Shown one piece after another: positions 20,582 to 29,290 of a stretch of 32,000 nucleotides of DNA. Source of the DNA: Cylindrospermopsis raciborskii Cr2010. GTDB lineage: Bacteria > Cyanobacteriota > Cyanobacteriia > Cyanobacteriales > Nostocaceae. Position numbers and translations under genes: made by a program. The stretch lies in contig NZ_CP065936.1 of the NCBI RefSeq assembly GCF_003367075.2, positions 3,150,001-3,182,000 of the forward strand. Reading direction: 5' to 3'. Within the stretch, counting starts at the first letter, position 1. Each line of letters opens with the position of its first letter. The notes beneath the pieces were generated by a model that saw only the letters and a list, made by a program, of their open reading frames with translations, did not search any database and was not told the origin of the DNA.

Positions 20582-20661
20582 TGGGTAAAATGAAGTTAAA
20601 CGGACAAAAAATCCTGTTCATAACTTTTTTAAAACCCTAGTTGAACTCAGGAAGGAGAATT

Positions 20662-21153
20662 ATGGCATCCGCACAAAAACTTACAAACGTCAATATTGGG
20701 ATCAGTGAACAAATGAGAGGTAAAATTGCTGAGGGTTTATCCTGTCTATTGGCCGACACCTATTCACTTTACCTGAAAACTCATAATTTTCATTGGAACG
20801 TCACCGGTTCAATGTTCCAAACTCTACATTTAATGTTTGAGACCCAATACACTGAATTAGCCTTGGCAGTGGATTTAATTGCTGAGAGAATTCGTGCACT
20901 GGGTTACCCCGCCCCCGGAACTTATAGCGAATATGCTCGACTTACGTCCATTCCAGAAACTTCAGGAGTTCCCAAAGCTAAGGAAATGATCCAATTACTA
21001 GTGGAAGGTCAAGAAGCAGTGGTGAGAACTGCACGCTCCATTTTTCCCTTGGTAGATGAGGTCAATGATGAACCTACTGCGGATTTGTTGACCCAAAGGA
21101 TGCAAATCCATGAGAAAACTGCCTGGATGTTAAGAAGTTTACTGGAAGACTAG
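20662..21153 (+). CDS. dps: Dps-family DNA-protection/ferritin-like protein
   Basis: Dps four-helix motifs ([31 protein letters not shown]). ATG 20662 is preceded by GGAAGGAGAA. Confidence 0.9.
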   Translation: MASAQKLTNVNIGISEQMRGKIAEGLSCLLADTYSLYLKTHNFHWNVTGSMFQTLHLMFETQYTELALAVDLIAERIRALGYPAPGTYSEYARLTSIPETSGVPKAKEMIQLLVEGQEAVVRTARSIFPLVDEVNDEPTADLLTQRMQIHEKTAWMLRSLLED

Positions 21154-21242
21154 GACTGGAACAACTGTCTGGTTCTAGCAGATACGATCGCCCCTGATAC
21201 AATCGGGAAGAATAAGTAGGGAGGCACAATTATTTGTAGGGG

Positions 21243-21318
21243 CCATGGCGTAGGGGGTGTTGGGTTTCATACTTCAACCCAACCTACGTTCATCTTATAT
21301 TTAATTCCACCCACCCAC
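21243..21318 (+). repeat. ~75-bp dispersed repeat unit, left copy (contains hairpin GTTGGGTT-N8-AACCCAAC)
   Basis: Near-identical in inverted orientation to 22181-22254, with a 39-bp perfect core GTTGGGTTTCATACTTCAACCCAACCTACGTTCATCTTA. Confidence 0.85.
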
Positions 21319-21333
21319 TTACTTCATAAAAGG

Positions 21334-21767
21334 ATTCCCTTGATGAATCCAACTGGCAATCGCTCCTCATTTTAGTATAAACTTCAGTAAAATGGCTCTG
21401 AACAGGTTTAACAGGTGTAGCAAAATCAAGTCAGTAGAGATTGGAATTATTGGTGGCAGTGGTTTATACAAAATGTCAGCATTTGGGAGTCAAATACTTA
21501 CTTTCAGCTAGTGCTGTTGGTTCCTTAAGAGCGGAGGTAAAACCACTGGATATGGTGATTCCTGATCAGTTTATTGACCGGACTAAAAATCGTGTTTCTA
21601 CCTTTTTTGGAGAGGGAATTGTGGCTCATATTGCTTTTGGCAATCCCATTTGCCAAAATTTGGCAGCAGTTCTAGCAGATGCGATCGCATCTTTGAATTT
21701 ACCTGATGTTACTCTTCACCGTGAAGGTACTTACTTATGTATGGAAGGCCCTGCTTTTTCTACCAAA
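21334..21767 (+). pseudogene. Degenerate partial copy of mtnP (promoter region plus 5' two-thirds)
   Basis: Nucleotide-level copy of 24391-25007. Start ATG is changed to ATC, about 185 bp is internally deleted, and the 3' end is truncated at TCTACCAAA. Confidence 0.9.
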
Positions 21768-22050
21768 ATTGAAAACGGCAGTGATTTTTGCTAATCCCAA
21801 CAGTCATTACAGCAACAGTCTCAGAGAAGCATTTACTAGGAACTTTGAAAAACTAGGTGGGTCTGTGGTTCGTTACCCGCTGATTGATTTAACCAATCCC
21901 TTGTTAGATATACGCAGGGAGATATCAACTACAGAATGAAACATCGGGATATCCACTCCAGTTCTCAGAAGACAAGGAGCGGTTGGGATAAGCGGTTTTG
22001 GTCACTGTTAAAGATGGTAGGTTTGAACCTGTGACAATGGGTTGTAAAAT
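21768..22050 (+). pseudogene. Fragment of a type-1 periplasmic solute-binding protein gene (LivK-like), with stops and internal loss
   Basis: [32 protein letters not shown] parallels LKLKSATIFANTGTNYTKAMAKEFESSFQKLGG of the 22309 ORF. A later frame reads SGYPLQFSEDKERLG*AVLVTVKDGRFEPV. Confidence 0.75.
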
Positions 22051-22180
22051 GTCTGGTTATCTAAGAAGTAGCTGTCACTGGAGCGATGATCGAATTTATC
22101 AATAAGCTGTGGTGGAGTCAGCACTTTAATAAAATTTAACGGTAATCACTGAATAAATCGGTTATACTTAGGTGGGCAAG

Positions 22181-22254
22181 TGGAATTAAATATTAAGATG
22201 AACGTAGGTTGGGTTGAAGTATGAAACCCAACGCCCCCATGGGTCACCCCATTT
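22181..22254 (-). repeat. ~75-bp dispersed repeat unit, right copy (inverted)
   Basis: Reverse complement matches 21243-21318 apart from a few substitutions and small indels. Confidence 0.85.
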
Positions 22255-22308
22255 CGGGAGTTTGAGCAAAAAAAAAGCCCTGCTGATGATCAATCTGACA
22301 TTGCCAAT

Positions 22309-23565
22309 ATGGCCATTATTGGGAATGTGAATAGGGCGGTACGGGAAATAGCTCCCCTACCTCGAGAAACTATAGAGTCTTCATTTCTTCGATGCTATCC
22401 ATTTGACCAACTACTCTACCGTTCTATTCTGTTCATGGTGACAATGATTGGTACTTGCTCCTTAATTTTTTTGAGTATTGCAGTACTTGGTATTTATCGT
22501 TTATCTAATCCATGCACACCAAATGAAAAGAAAGCACTTGGTATTTTATGTTTAGAAGGCTCAGAAACTAAATCAATAATTAATTCTAATGGAAATGATC
22601 CGAAAGTTTCAATTGAACAAAATAATGACTCAGCTGAAAAACAGGGAAATCCTTTAGCATTAGCAGTGGTTTTGCCATCCTCTGAAAACATAAGCAATAA
22701 CAATGTTACGGGAAATGTATTGAATGGAGTAGCCAAAGCACAGGACGAATTTAATAAAAAACAGAAGCAAAAAAATAGTAGATTAGTCAAAATATTGGTT
22801 GAGTATAGTCAACAATCGGATGCACCTAAGAAAGCAAAGGAATTGGTAAATAACCCATCAATACTGGGAGTAATACATTATTATTCTCCCTATTCTGCTG
22901 ATACTAATGATCTCATATCAGTCTACGAGAAGGGAGGAGTACCCTTTATTTTTCTGTCTACCCAGGATATGAAACCACAGGGATCCATCCTAACTACAAA
23001 TATTGGACCTGATAGCGCTAACAAGCTAGCTGAATATGTTTACAAAAACTTAAAATTAAAAAGTGCAACAATTTTTGCTAATACAGGTACTAACTATACC
23101 AAAGCTATGGCGAAAGAATTTGAAAGTAGTTTTCAAAAACTGGGTGGTAAGGTAGATGAGGTGATTGATCTACGAGATAAGGAGTTTGACACCGAAGAAA
23201 AAGTTAATCAACTGAAATCTCCAGTTGCTGTCTTGTTTCCAGATCGAGAAAATAGTCAGAAAGCAGTTGATATTGCCAATGTAAAGTATGAATCATCAAG
23301 TGAAAAAGTCCGAAAGTTAAAATTATTGGGTGGAGATACCCTTTATGGAACTAATATCTTGATAGGAAAACCAGTAGAAGTAATGGTTTTATCAATACGT
23401 CAGTTTAACAATAGGGTAACAAATAATGCCACTCAAGTTCTAATTAATTCTTTAGGTTCTAATCCTAACAGAGAGTCAGTCCTAAAAAATATGCAACGCC
23501 AGCAAAAAACTATCTTGGTGAAAATCCAAAATAGTGAATTTGTCATCCTCAACCCAAAACCGTGA
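22309..23565 (+). CDS. Membrane-anchored type-1 periplasmic solute-binding-domain protein (LivK/Peripla_BP_6-like), orphan
   Basis: 418 aa. One TM helix (ILFMVTMIGTCSLIFLSIAVLGIY) then a PBP-like domain ending ILVKIQNSEFVIL. No ABC permease or ATPase genes nearby. Confidence 0.55.
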   Translation: MAIIGNVNRAVREIAPLPRETIESSFLRCYPFDQLLYRSILFMVTMIGTCSLIFLSIAVLGIYRLSNPCTPNEKKALGILCLEGSETKSIINSNGNDPKVSIEQNNDSAEKQGNPLALAVVLPSSENISNNNVTGNVLNGVAKAQDEFNKKQKQKNSRLVKILVEYSQQSDAPKKAKELVNNPSILGVIHYYSPYSADTNDLISVYEKGGVPFIFLSTQDMKPQGSILTTNIGPDSANKLAEYVYKNLKLKSATIFANTGTNYTKAMAKEFESSFQKLGGKVDEVIDLRDKEFDTEEKVNQLKSPVAVLFPDRENSQKAVDIANVKYESSSEKVRKLKLLGGDTLYGTNILIGKPVEVMVLSIRQFNNRVTNNATQVLINSLGSNPNRESVLKNMQRQQKTILVKIQNSEFVILNPKP

Positions 23566-23589
23566 GCTGGTGTCATCTTATTGATTTTT
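23565..23589 (+). repeat. Direct repeat copy 2 (AGCTGGTGTCATCTTATTGATTTTT)
   Basis: Identical to 20557-20581. Begins at the last base of the 22309 ORF stop codon and lies about 90 bp from the truncated end of vapC. Confidence 0.85.
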
Positions 23590-23680
23590 CGAGTAAAGCG
23601 AACGCTTATTTTAGCGTACCAGTCAGCTACCTTTACATTGGGGTATCTCACCTTAAAAAGCATTATTCGTAGGGCTTTGG

Positions 23681-23872
23681 CTATTTCCGGAGATGTCTAA
23701 TTAATGTTTCTAGATTTTTGGCTACCTGTTGAGAACAATAAACTCCTTTATAGAGTTCTGAAACTACGATGATGGATAGATAACACTGGCTAAAGTAGCG
23801 ATTGAATTTAGCAACAGCTTGAGGGTTTTCGTTGAGTAGTGCTATGCAAATGTTGGTATCTAGTAGATACAT
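23681..23872 (-). pseudogene. vapC: Truncated PIN-domain toxin VapC (N-terminal ~half only)
   Basis: MYLLDTNICIALL PIN N-terminus. It is 63 aa where about 130 is usual. The start overlaps the upstream antitoxin stop (TAATG). Confidence 0.7.
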
Positions 23873-24165
23873 TAGTCGTTATCCTGATTATCAATTGAGT
23901 CTATAATTCTACCTTGATAAGTATGGCGTTCTTGGTCAATTTCTGCAAATATTTGGGTTAATTCAGGTTGATTTTTCCAAGTACCGAATAATTTATTTAG
24001 TTTAGCTAGTCTCTCCTGTTCTGTTAATGGTTGTTTTGGTTTTCTGATTTGGTTTTCAATAAATTCTAAGTCTACTATGATTTCTGTTCCATCTGGAATA
24101 TTGTTAAGTTGTTCTAATATTTCTATATTCTGTCCCCGTTTTATGCCTCTAACTTTCATTTTCAA
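23872..24165 (-). CDS. Putative VapB-type antitoxin
   Basis: 97-aa ORF translationally coupled to the PIN fragment. The LFGTWKNQPELTQIFAEIDQERH tail is typical of cyanobacterial antitoxins. Confidence 0.55.
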   Translation of the reverse strand: MKMKVRGIKRGQNIEILEQLNNIPDGTEIIVDLEFIENQIRKPKQPLTEQERLAKLNKLFGTWKNQPELTQIFAEIDQERHTYQGRIIDSIDNQDND

Positions 24166-24491
24166 TTTCCTCTTATTAATAGTTATTAGTTGACTAGTTG
24201 ACTGTTTAATTTTCGGTGAGTTGATAACATTTTATTTGTCGGAATCCAGAAATGTTGAATGTCGTTACAAAACTTTATATCTTCCATCCAATGAACATAA
24301 CTGATAGCTCACCGATTAGACCTGTTGGGAAATACTAATTAAAACGGCAGAAATCCTGATGCAGTCTAGCTTTGAGGAATTTTACGGTATAATTCCTGAA
24401 ATCCTTTTGATGAATTTAACTGGCAATCGCTCCTCATTTTAGTATAAACTCCAGTAAAATGGCTCTGAACAGGTTTAACAGGTATATCAAA

Positions 24492-25370
24492 ATGAATCCC
24501 GTAGATATTGGAATTATTGGTGGCAGTGGTTTATACAAAATGTCAGCATTACAAGATGTGGAAGAACTAGATATTAAAACGCCCTTTGGTTCCCCATCTG
24601 ATACGATTATTATCGGTACTTTAGCGGGAGCAAGAGTGGCATTTTTAGCTAGACATGGTCGCAATCATGGTCTCTTACCTAGTGAATTACCATTCCGTGC
24701 CAATATTTATGCTATGAAGCAGCTAGGGGTCAAATACCTACTTTCAGCTAGTGCTGTTGGTTCCTTGAGAGCAGAGGTAAAACCACTGGATATGGTGATT
24801 CCTGACCAGTTTATTGACCGGACTAAAAATCGTGTTTCTACCTTTTTTGGAGAGGGAATTGTGGCTCATATTGCTTTTGGCAATCCCATTTGCCAAAATT
24901 TGGCAGCAGTTCTAGCAGATGCGATCGCATCTTTGAATTTACCTGATGTAACTCTTCATCGTGAAGGTACTTATTTATGTATGGAGGGCCCCGCTTTTTC
25001 TACCAAAGCGGAATCTAATATGTATCGCAGTTGGGGAGCAACGGTAATTGGCATGACCAATTTAACGGAAGCCAAGTTAGCTAGAGAAGCGGAAATTGCC
25101 TATGCAACCCTAGCTTTAGTTACTGACTATGATTGTTGGCATCCGGATCATGATCATGTGACGGTAGATATGGTAATCTCCAATTTACAACATAATGGCA
25201 TAAATGCTCAAGAAGTAATCATAGAAACTGTGAAAAGATTAAATGAAAGCCTACCCCCAAGTGAGGCCCATTCTGCACTGAAATACGCCATTCTCACAAA
25301 TTTGGCAGATGTCCCCCCAGCAACAAAACAGAAGTTGGGTCTGCTACTAGAAAAGTACTTGGAGGTTTAA
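24492..25370 (+). CDS. mtnP: S-methyl-5'-thioadenosine phosphorylase (MTAP)
   Basis: [11 protein letters not shown] phosphate loop, [15 protein letters not shown] and [18 protein letters not shown] motifs. ATG 24492 is preferred to the upstream start at 24459. Confidence 0.9.
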   Translation: MNPVDIGIIGGSGLYKMSALQDVEELDIKTPFGSPSDTIIIGTLAGARVAFLARHGRNHGLLPSELPFRANIYAMKQLGVKYLLSASAVGSLRAEVKPLDMVIPDQFIDRTKNRVSTFFGEGIVAHIAFGNPICQNLAAVLADAIASLNLPDVTLHREGTYLCMEGPAFSTKAESNMYRSWGATVIGMTNLTEAKLAREAEIAYATLALVTDYDCWHPDHDHVTVDMVISNLQHNGINAQEVIIETVKRLNESLPPSEAHSALKYAILTNLADVPPATKQKLGLLLEKYLEV

Positions 25371-25476
25371 AAGTTTACGAGGTAGACCCAAGTGGGCGCA
25401 AGGAAATGTAATATTATGGATAGGCGTTCTGGCTTGCCTCCATCTGAGGCTATAACCATCTGTTAAGATTTATGAA

Positions 25477-26807
25477 CAGTAATTTGACAGATTTTGCACG
25501 ACTACAGGGAAGAAAGCCACCGGCCCCCAGTATGGATGAAACCTATGTTGACCCTCCCTTGTTTCATAAGGGATAGAGCCTGAAAGCCACGCTTGAAAAA
25601 GCGGCGTTTATGAGGTTTAAGACTAATTAAGCTTAGAGCTAAATCAGCCCATAGTTCCATGCTATAAATCCATAATTGTCCGTAAACAGCAAAGCTAAAA
25701 TCACTCTGACGTGGGTAATTGTCCTGATGTTGTTGAATCCGTCCGGCATAAGTCTCTATCCCTAATTTTTTCATCCGTTGACCGTACGGCTAAACTATAA
25801 GCAATCACAATTAATAAAACTAAGGCTAAAAAACGAGTTTCATTTACTTTAGTATCCTCTAGATTATAACCACCTGTTTTACAATCTTTGAAAAATTGTT
25901 CAATTCCCCATCGACATCTATAGAGGCATAAAGTTTGTTTGAGATTTGGTAGATTCGTTAAGATATACCAAGGTTCTTTTGGTCCTTTATGACGATATTT
26001 TCTCTTCCAATAAACAGCGATATTAAATAACCCTAATTCATCTCCTTTACCACATTTAACTCCCTGATAAAACTTTGACATCCCCGGCTTAAATCCTTGG
26101 TTTTTAAGAACTTGATATTCAAGTCCTATTTCTTCTTGAAAATGAAGGTCTTTTTTCTGACGTAAAGCAAAGTAAACTCCTTGCTCATCAAGCCACTTAG
26201 CCAGTTTTGCACTATGAAATTCTCTATCTGCCAACACCACAATTCGACATTTTTTCAACAACTTTATTGCTGTCTTTATCAATCTTTTTTGGGTTGATAA
26301 GTTACTATTTCCTACATGATTTAATGTTTCCCAATATAGTGGTAAGGCATGAGTACCCCATACCAATGTCACCATAAATATATTCCGTCCTTTCCACTGT
26401 GTTCTATCCAGTGCTACCATCCAGTAACCATACTTTTGATATTGTTTTTTATGAAAATAGCGGCGCTGTTCTCAATTCAATTGTTGTGGTGTTAACGATT
26501 GTCTAATCCAATATTTTATCAAGGGAAACCATAATAATTTTACGCAGAGTTTATTTATTCCTAAAAATCTTTGTAAATTACGTTTCCTGCTTTCATATTT
26601 AATTGGTTGGGGAAACAAACTCGCCAATTTTGACAGTTTTACTTGGCGATAAGCTTGTATCAATAATAACAATATCTCCAGTGTCAAATACTGCTGTTCA
26701 CTCAAATGCTTTCGGAAAATTTTGTGATATGATTGTGGTAACATTTTGTTGTTTTGGGGCTCCCTTGCCCCTATTTTTTTACCCCCTTATTTTCTCAAAT
26801 TATTGCC
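25477..26807 (-). mobile_element. IS4-family insertion sequence, inactivated
   Basis: DDE transposase with the exact IS4 Y-(2)-R-(3)-E-(6)-K signature (YRCRWGIEQFFKDCK). Ends are assigned from a weak inverted match (CAGTAATTTGACAG vs GGCAATAATTTGAG), so boundaries are approximate. Confidence 0.6.
25502..26744 (-). pseudogene. IS4-family transposase gene disrupted by one in-frame TGA and one frameshift
   Basis: ORFs 26744-26472 and 26420-25701 are in the same frame, separated by TGA at 26474-26472. The last segment is +1-shifted at the A6 run 25766-25771. Confidence 0.85.
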
Positions 26808-26923
26808 ACATCTCATCTTCAACCCCCTTGTCACCCGGTAAGTGATTTTTGAGACGGAAATTGCAGACAAAGTATCACAAGTCTGGACGTGGTTCCACAA
26901 AAAAAAGTAAGGGACAGGTAGTT

Positions 26924-29158
26924 TTAAACTGATTCTGATTGAAAAACAAAGTTTAGGCTTGCCCAGTTGTTCACATCTAGTGCATAAGAATCAGTACCGC
27001 TCACACTACTTTCCGACTTGGGAGTAACACTAATAGCAACATGCAAATCCTCTAATATGGCTTGAGTCACATCCAGAGGATTAAATAATTCACTAATAGA
27101 CTGTTGATCTGTAAATTTGCTATAGGAGCTTGCTAAAGCTAATAAGGTTTTGGTAAAAGGAGAAGTGCTGAAAATCAATTGGTGTTCGCAAAATAATGAC
27201 TTTTTCGGCAATAACCAACTAAAACTTTGACCATTCTGGGGAAATTGAAGTGATCCCCCCGGAGCAATCACAATCTGTTCTAACACAGGTTTATTGTCAC
27301 CAACCTTCTCTGGGGAAGAAATTGCCCATGGATAAAAAGCCACAGGAGTTTTATGATTATTTAACCCTACTAGCATACAATAAATTGGGCGATCGCCAAA
27401 ATTGACCACCTGGTAGACCATGATGCTATTAACCGGAACAGTAGGAACAGCTGCTGATTGGTCTACAACTCTTTTTTGGCTTGTCCTATCCTGTAAGGAA
27501 ACAGGATAGGTTTCCCTTTCCCACACTAGGTGACGTGAAATTGTACCAGACTGGGAAAAGAGATTTTTGGTAACAACTTCCAAGCTGACTTTCACAGACA
27601 ATTGAGAAGAACCCTGATTTTCTGTCAATCGCCATAATTTGATTGCCAGTAATTGAGAAAATTTCCTAGTTAGTCTTTGCACTGCCACTTTTACTAATTC
27701 TCCCGCTTCCCCAGCTGTATTCTCGAGGAGTTCACCACCAAGGGAAAATAAACCATAACGGGTGGGGAGACCTGATAATTTACCAAAAAGATAGTCAGCG
27801 CTCCCCTCTGGTAAAGTGATATTTACCATGCGAGTTAAAGCAGAAAAAGCACTAGTAGCATCTACACGCTCAATTCTGTCCAGTCCTGAATCTAGGGTTA
27901 CCATGAGGTTAATATTACGAGATAGGACACGCACTGTCTCTTGCACTAATTGACCAACCTTTAAGGAATTAACTGGTGTATCTTGGACTTGTGCTTTTGC
28001 TGTCAAACCGCTACGAGACTTCAAGATTAATTTTTCTCCCCCAACTGCGGTAAATCTGGAATTAACACCATAATGTAACCATACTTGGGGTGGTAATCCT
28101 CCCAACCATAACTGGGCTGTTTTCCCCTCCTGGTCAATACTGGTAATTACCCCCTGAGCGCTTTCCATGGGAAAATTCTCGGTAATTAAATCGGTAATTA
28201 AAACGGATGGGGAATTTTCCTTTGTATTTAAGGTTAACAAATCTGGTTGTTGACGATTACCTAGTTTATATATATAATTATTAATGTCGGATAGAAAAAT
28301 ATGAATAGTTTTGGGCGGTATAACTTCCCAAAGATACTGGGTCAGGGCATAGGTAAATAAACCTGCACTAAAACCATAAAACAGGGACTCCCCTGGCGAT
28401 TGGTCGGGTTGTGAACTGGCCCTTAAAATTACGGACCCATTCTTGCTTGAACTAACTCCCTTGGCAATGCCATTATTTATGGGCAAACCCCCTGTTAGGA
28501 GATGGTTCAAGAAATTCAGCTCTTGGGGATTTAATCTCTTGGTTGGGGGGGTCACCAGGGAGCGAAATCTTAACCCAGAAGGTTGGGATATGGTTTTGGG
28601 ATAATAACCAGTATCTAACACTGCTGTTACCTTATCCGTGGGAACTAAACCCAATAATAACAACAGGGTTTCTTCTAACAGGTAGTTAGCAAAATTATTA
28701 TCTTCTGGGTTGTTAGATCCATCCGACGCACTTTCATCCACGGGGATTAAAGCATGAGCCCCCCCTGGTAAGTCTTCTAATTGAACACGGGTGCCATAAC
28801 CACTAAAATGGAAAACCACCGCATCATCAGTCTTAACCTGCTTAATCAAATGCTCAGAAATGGCCGCTTCAATAAATTCTCGACTGGCTTGTTCCTCGGT
28901 TAAAGTCAGGATATCAGAACTCAAAAACCCAAAACGGTGAATTAACAGTTCTTTTTGTAACTCAACATCGGTTAAGCAACCACTCAATGGAGGACTTTCT
29001 GGGTAGTTATTAATACCTATTAGTAAAGCCAACTTGTGACTAGGGGGTGTTGCTAAGGCTTGATAATACTGACCTCCTAAACCTGACCATGCAAGATTAG
29101 TCCATCCTGCAGTTCCCAGTATGGAACCAATTCGTTGTAAAAATCCACGCCGTTTCAT
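26924..29158 (-). CDS. Tat-signal caspase-fold (peptidase C14) protein lacking the His-Cys dyad (pseudo-orthocaspase) with large C-terminal extension
   Basis: MKRRGFLQRIG twin-arginine N-terminus. p20-like domain LALLIGINNY...VVFHFSGYGTRV...AVLDTGYYP, with Tyr121 and Gly184 at the catalytic His and Cys positions. The C-terminus is DUF4384-like (YQVVNFGDRPIYCMLVGLNNHKTPVAFYP). Confidence 0.8.
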   Translation of the reverse strand: MKRRGFLQRIGSILGTAGWTNLAWSGLGGQYYQALATPPSHKLALLIGINNYPESPPLSGCLTDVELQKELLIHRFGFLSSDILTLTEEQASREFIEAAISEHLIKQVKTDDAVVFHFSGYGTRVQLEDLPGGAHALIPVDESASDGSNNPEDNNFANYLLEETLLLLLGLVPTDKVTAVLDTGYYPKTISQPSGLRFRSLVTPPTKRLNPQELNFLNHLLTGGLPINNGIAKGVSSSKNGSVILRASSQPDQSPGESLFYGFSAGLFTYALTQYLWEVIPPKTIHIFLSDINNYIYKLGNRQQPDLLTLNTKENSPSVLITDLITENFPMESAQGVITSIDQEGKTAQLWLGGLPPQVWLHYGVNSRFTAVGGEKLILKSRSGLTAKAQVQDTPVNSLKVGQLVQETVRVLSRNINLMVTLDSGLDRIERVDATSAFSALTRMVNITLPEGSADYLFGKLSGLPTRYGLFSLGGELLENTAGEAGELVKVAVQRLTRKFSQLLAIKLWRLTENQGSSQLSVKVSLEVVTKNLFSQSGTISRHLVWERETYPVSLQDRTSQKRVVDQSAAVPTVPVNSIMVYQVVNFGDRPIYCMLVGLNNHKTPVAFYPWAISSPEKVGDNKPVLEQIVIAPGGSLQFPQNGQSFSWLLPKKSLFCEHQLIFSTSPFTKTLLALASSYSKFTDQQSISELFNPLDVTQAILEDLHVAISVTPKSESSVSGTDSYALDVNNWASLNFVFQSESV

Positions 29159-29290
29159 AAGTTAACTAGTACCCCCGAGTCCATCAGCTAATAGCTTAAA
29201 TGGCAAAGAGCTAAAAAGTAAAGTTTGAAATTACACTCTCCTAGGTTATCTGCAATTTGCCAAATGTCAACGGGTACTCTAGGTAGTATA

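Noticed and set aside
21441-21939. ORFs 21441-21794 (117 aa) and 21706-21939 (77 aa) as real genes
   Set aside because: Both are read-throughs of pseudogene fragments (the mtnP copy and the binding-protein fragment). The first starts at TTG in a frame that is non-native upstream of the deletion.
22494-23663. Minus-strand ORFs 22494-22790 (98 aa) and 23433-23663 (76 aa)
   Set aside because: The first is antisense within the binding-protein gene. The second spans that gene's 3' end and the repeat-containing spacer, and no transposase or other motif was recognised.
24434-24664. 76-aa minus-strand ORF over the mtnP start
   Set aside because: It is antisense to the conserved N-terminus of MTAP.
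21334-25007. The two mtnP copies as a diversity-generating retroelement TR/VR pair
   Set aside because: The differences are scattered transitions in both directions rather than adenine-specific. No reverse transcriptase is present, and the copy is truncated and start-less.
26603-26845. 80-aa plus-strand ORF at the IS4 element end
   Set aside because: It is antisense to the transposase N-terminus and the IS terminus. The sequence is hydrophobic and low-complexity.
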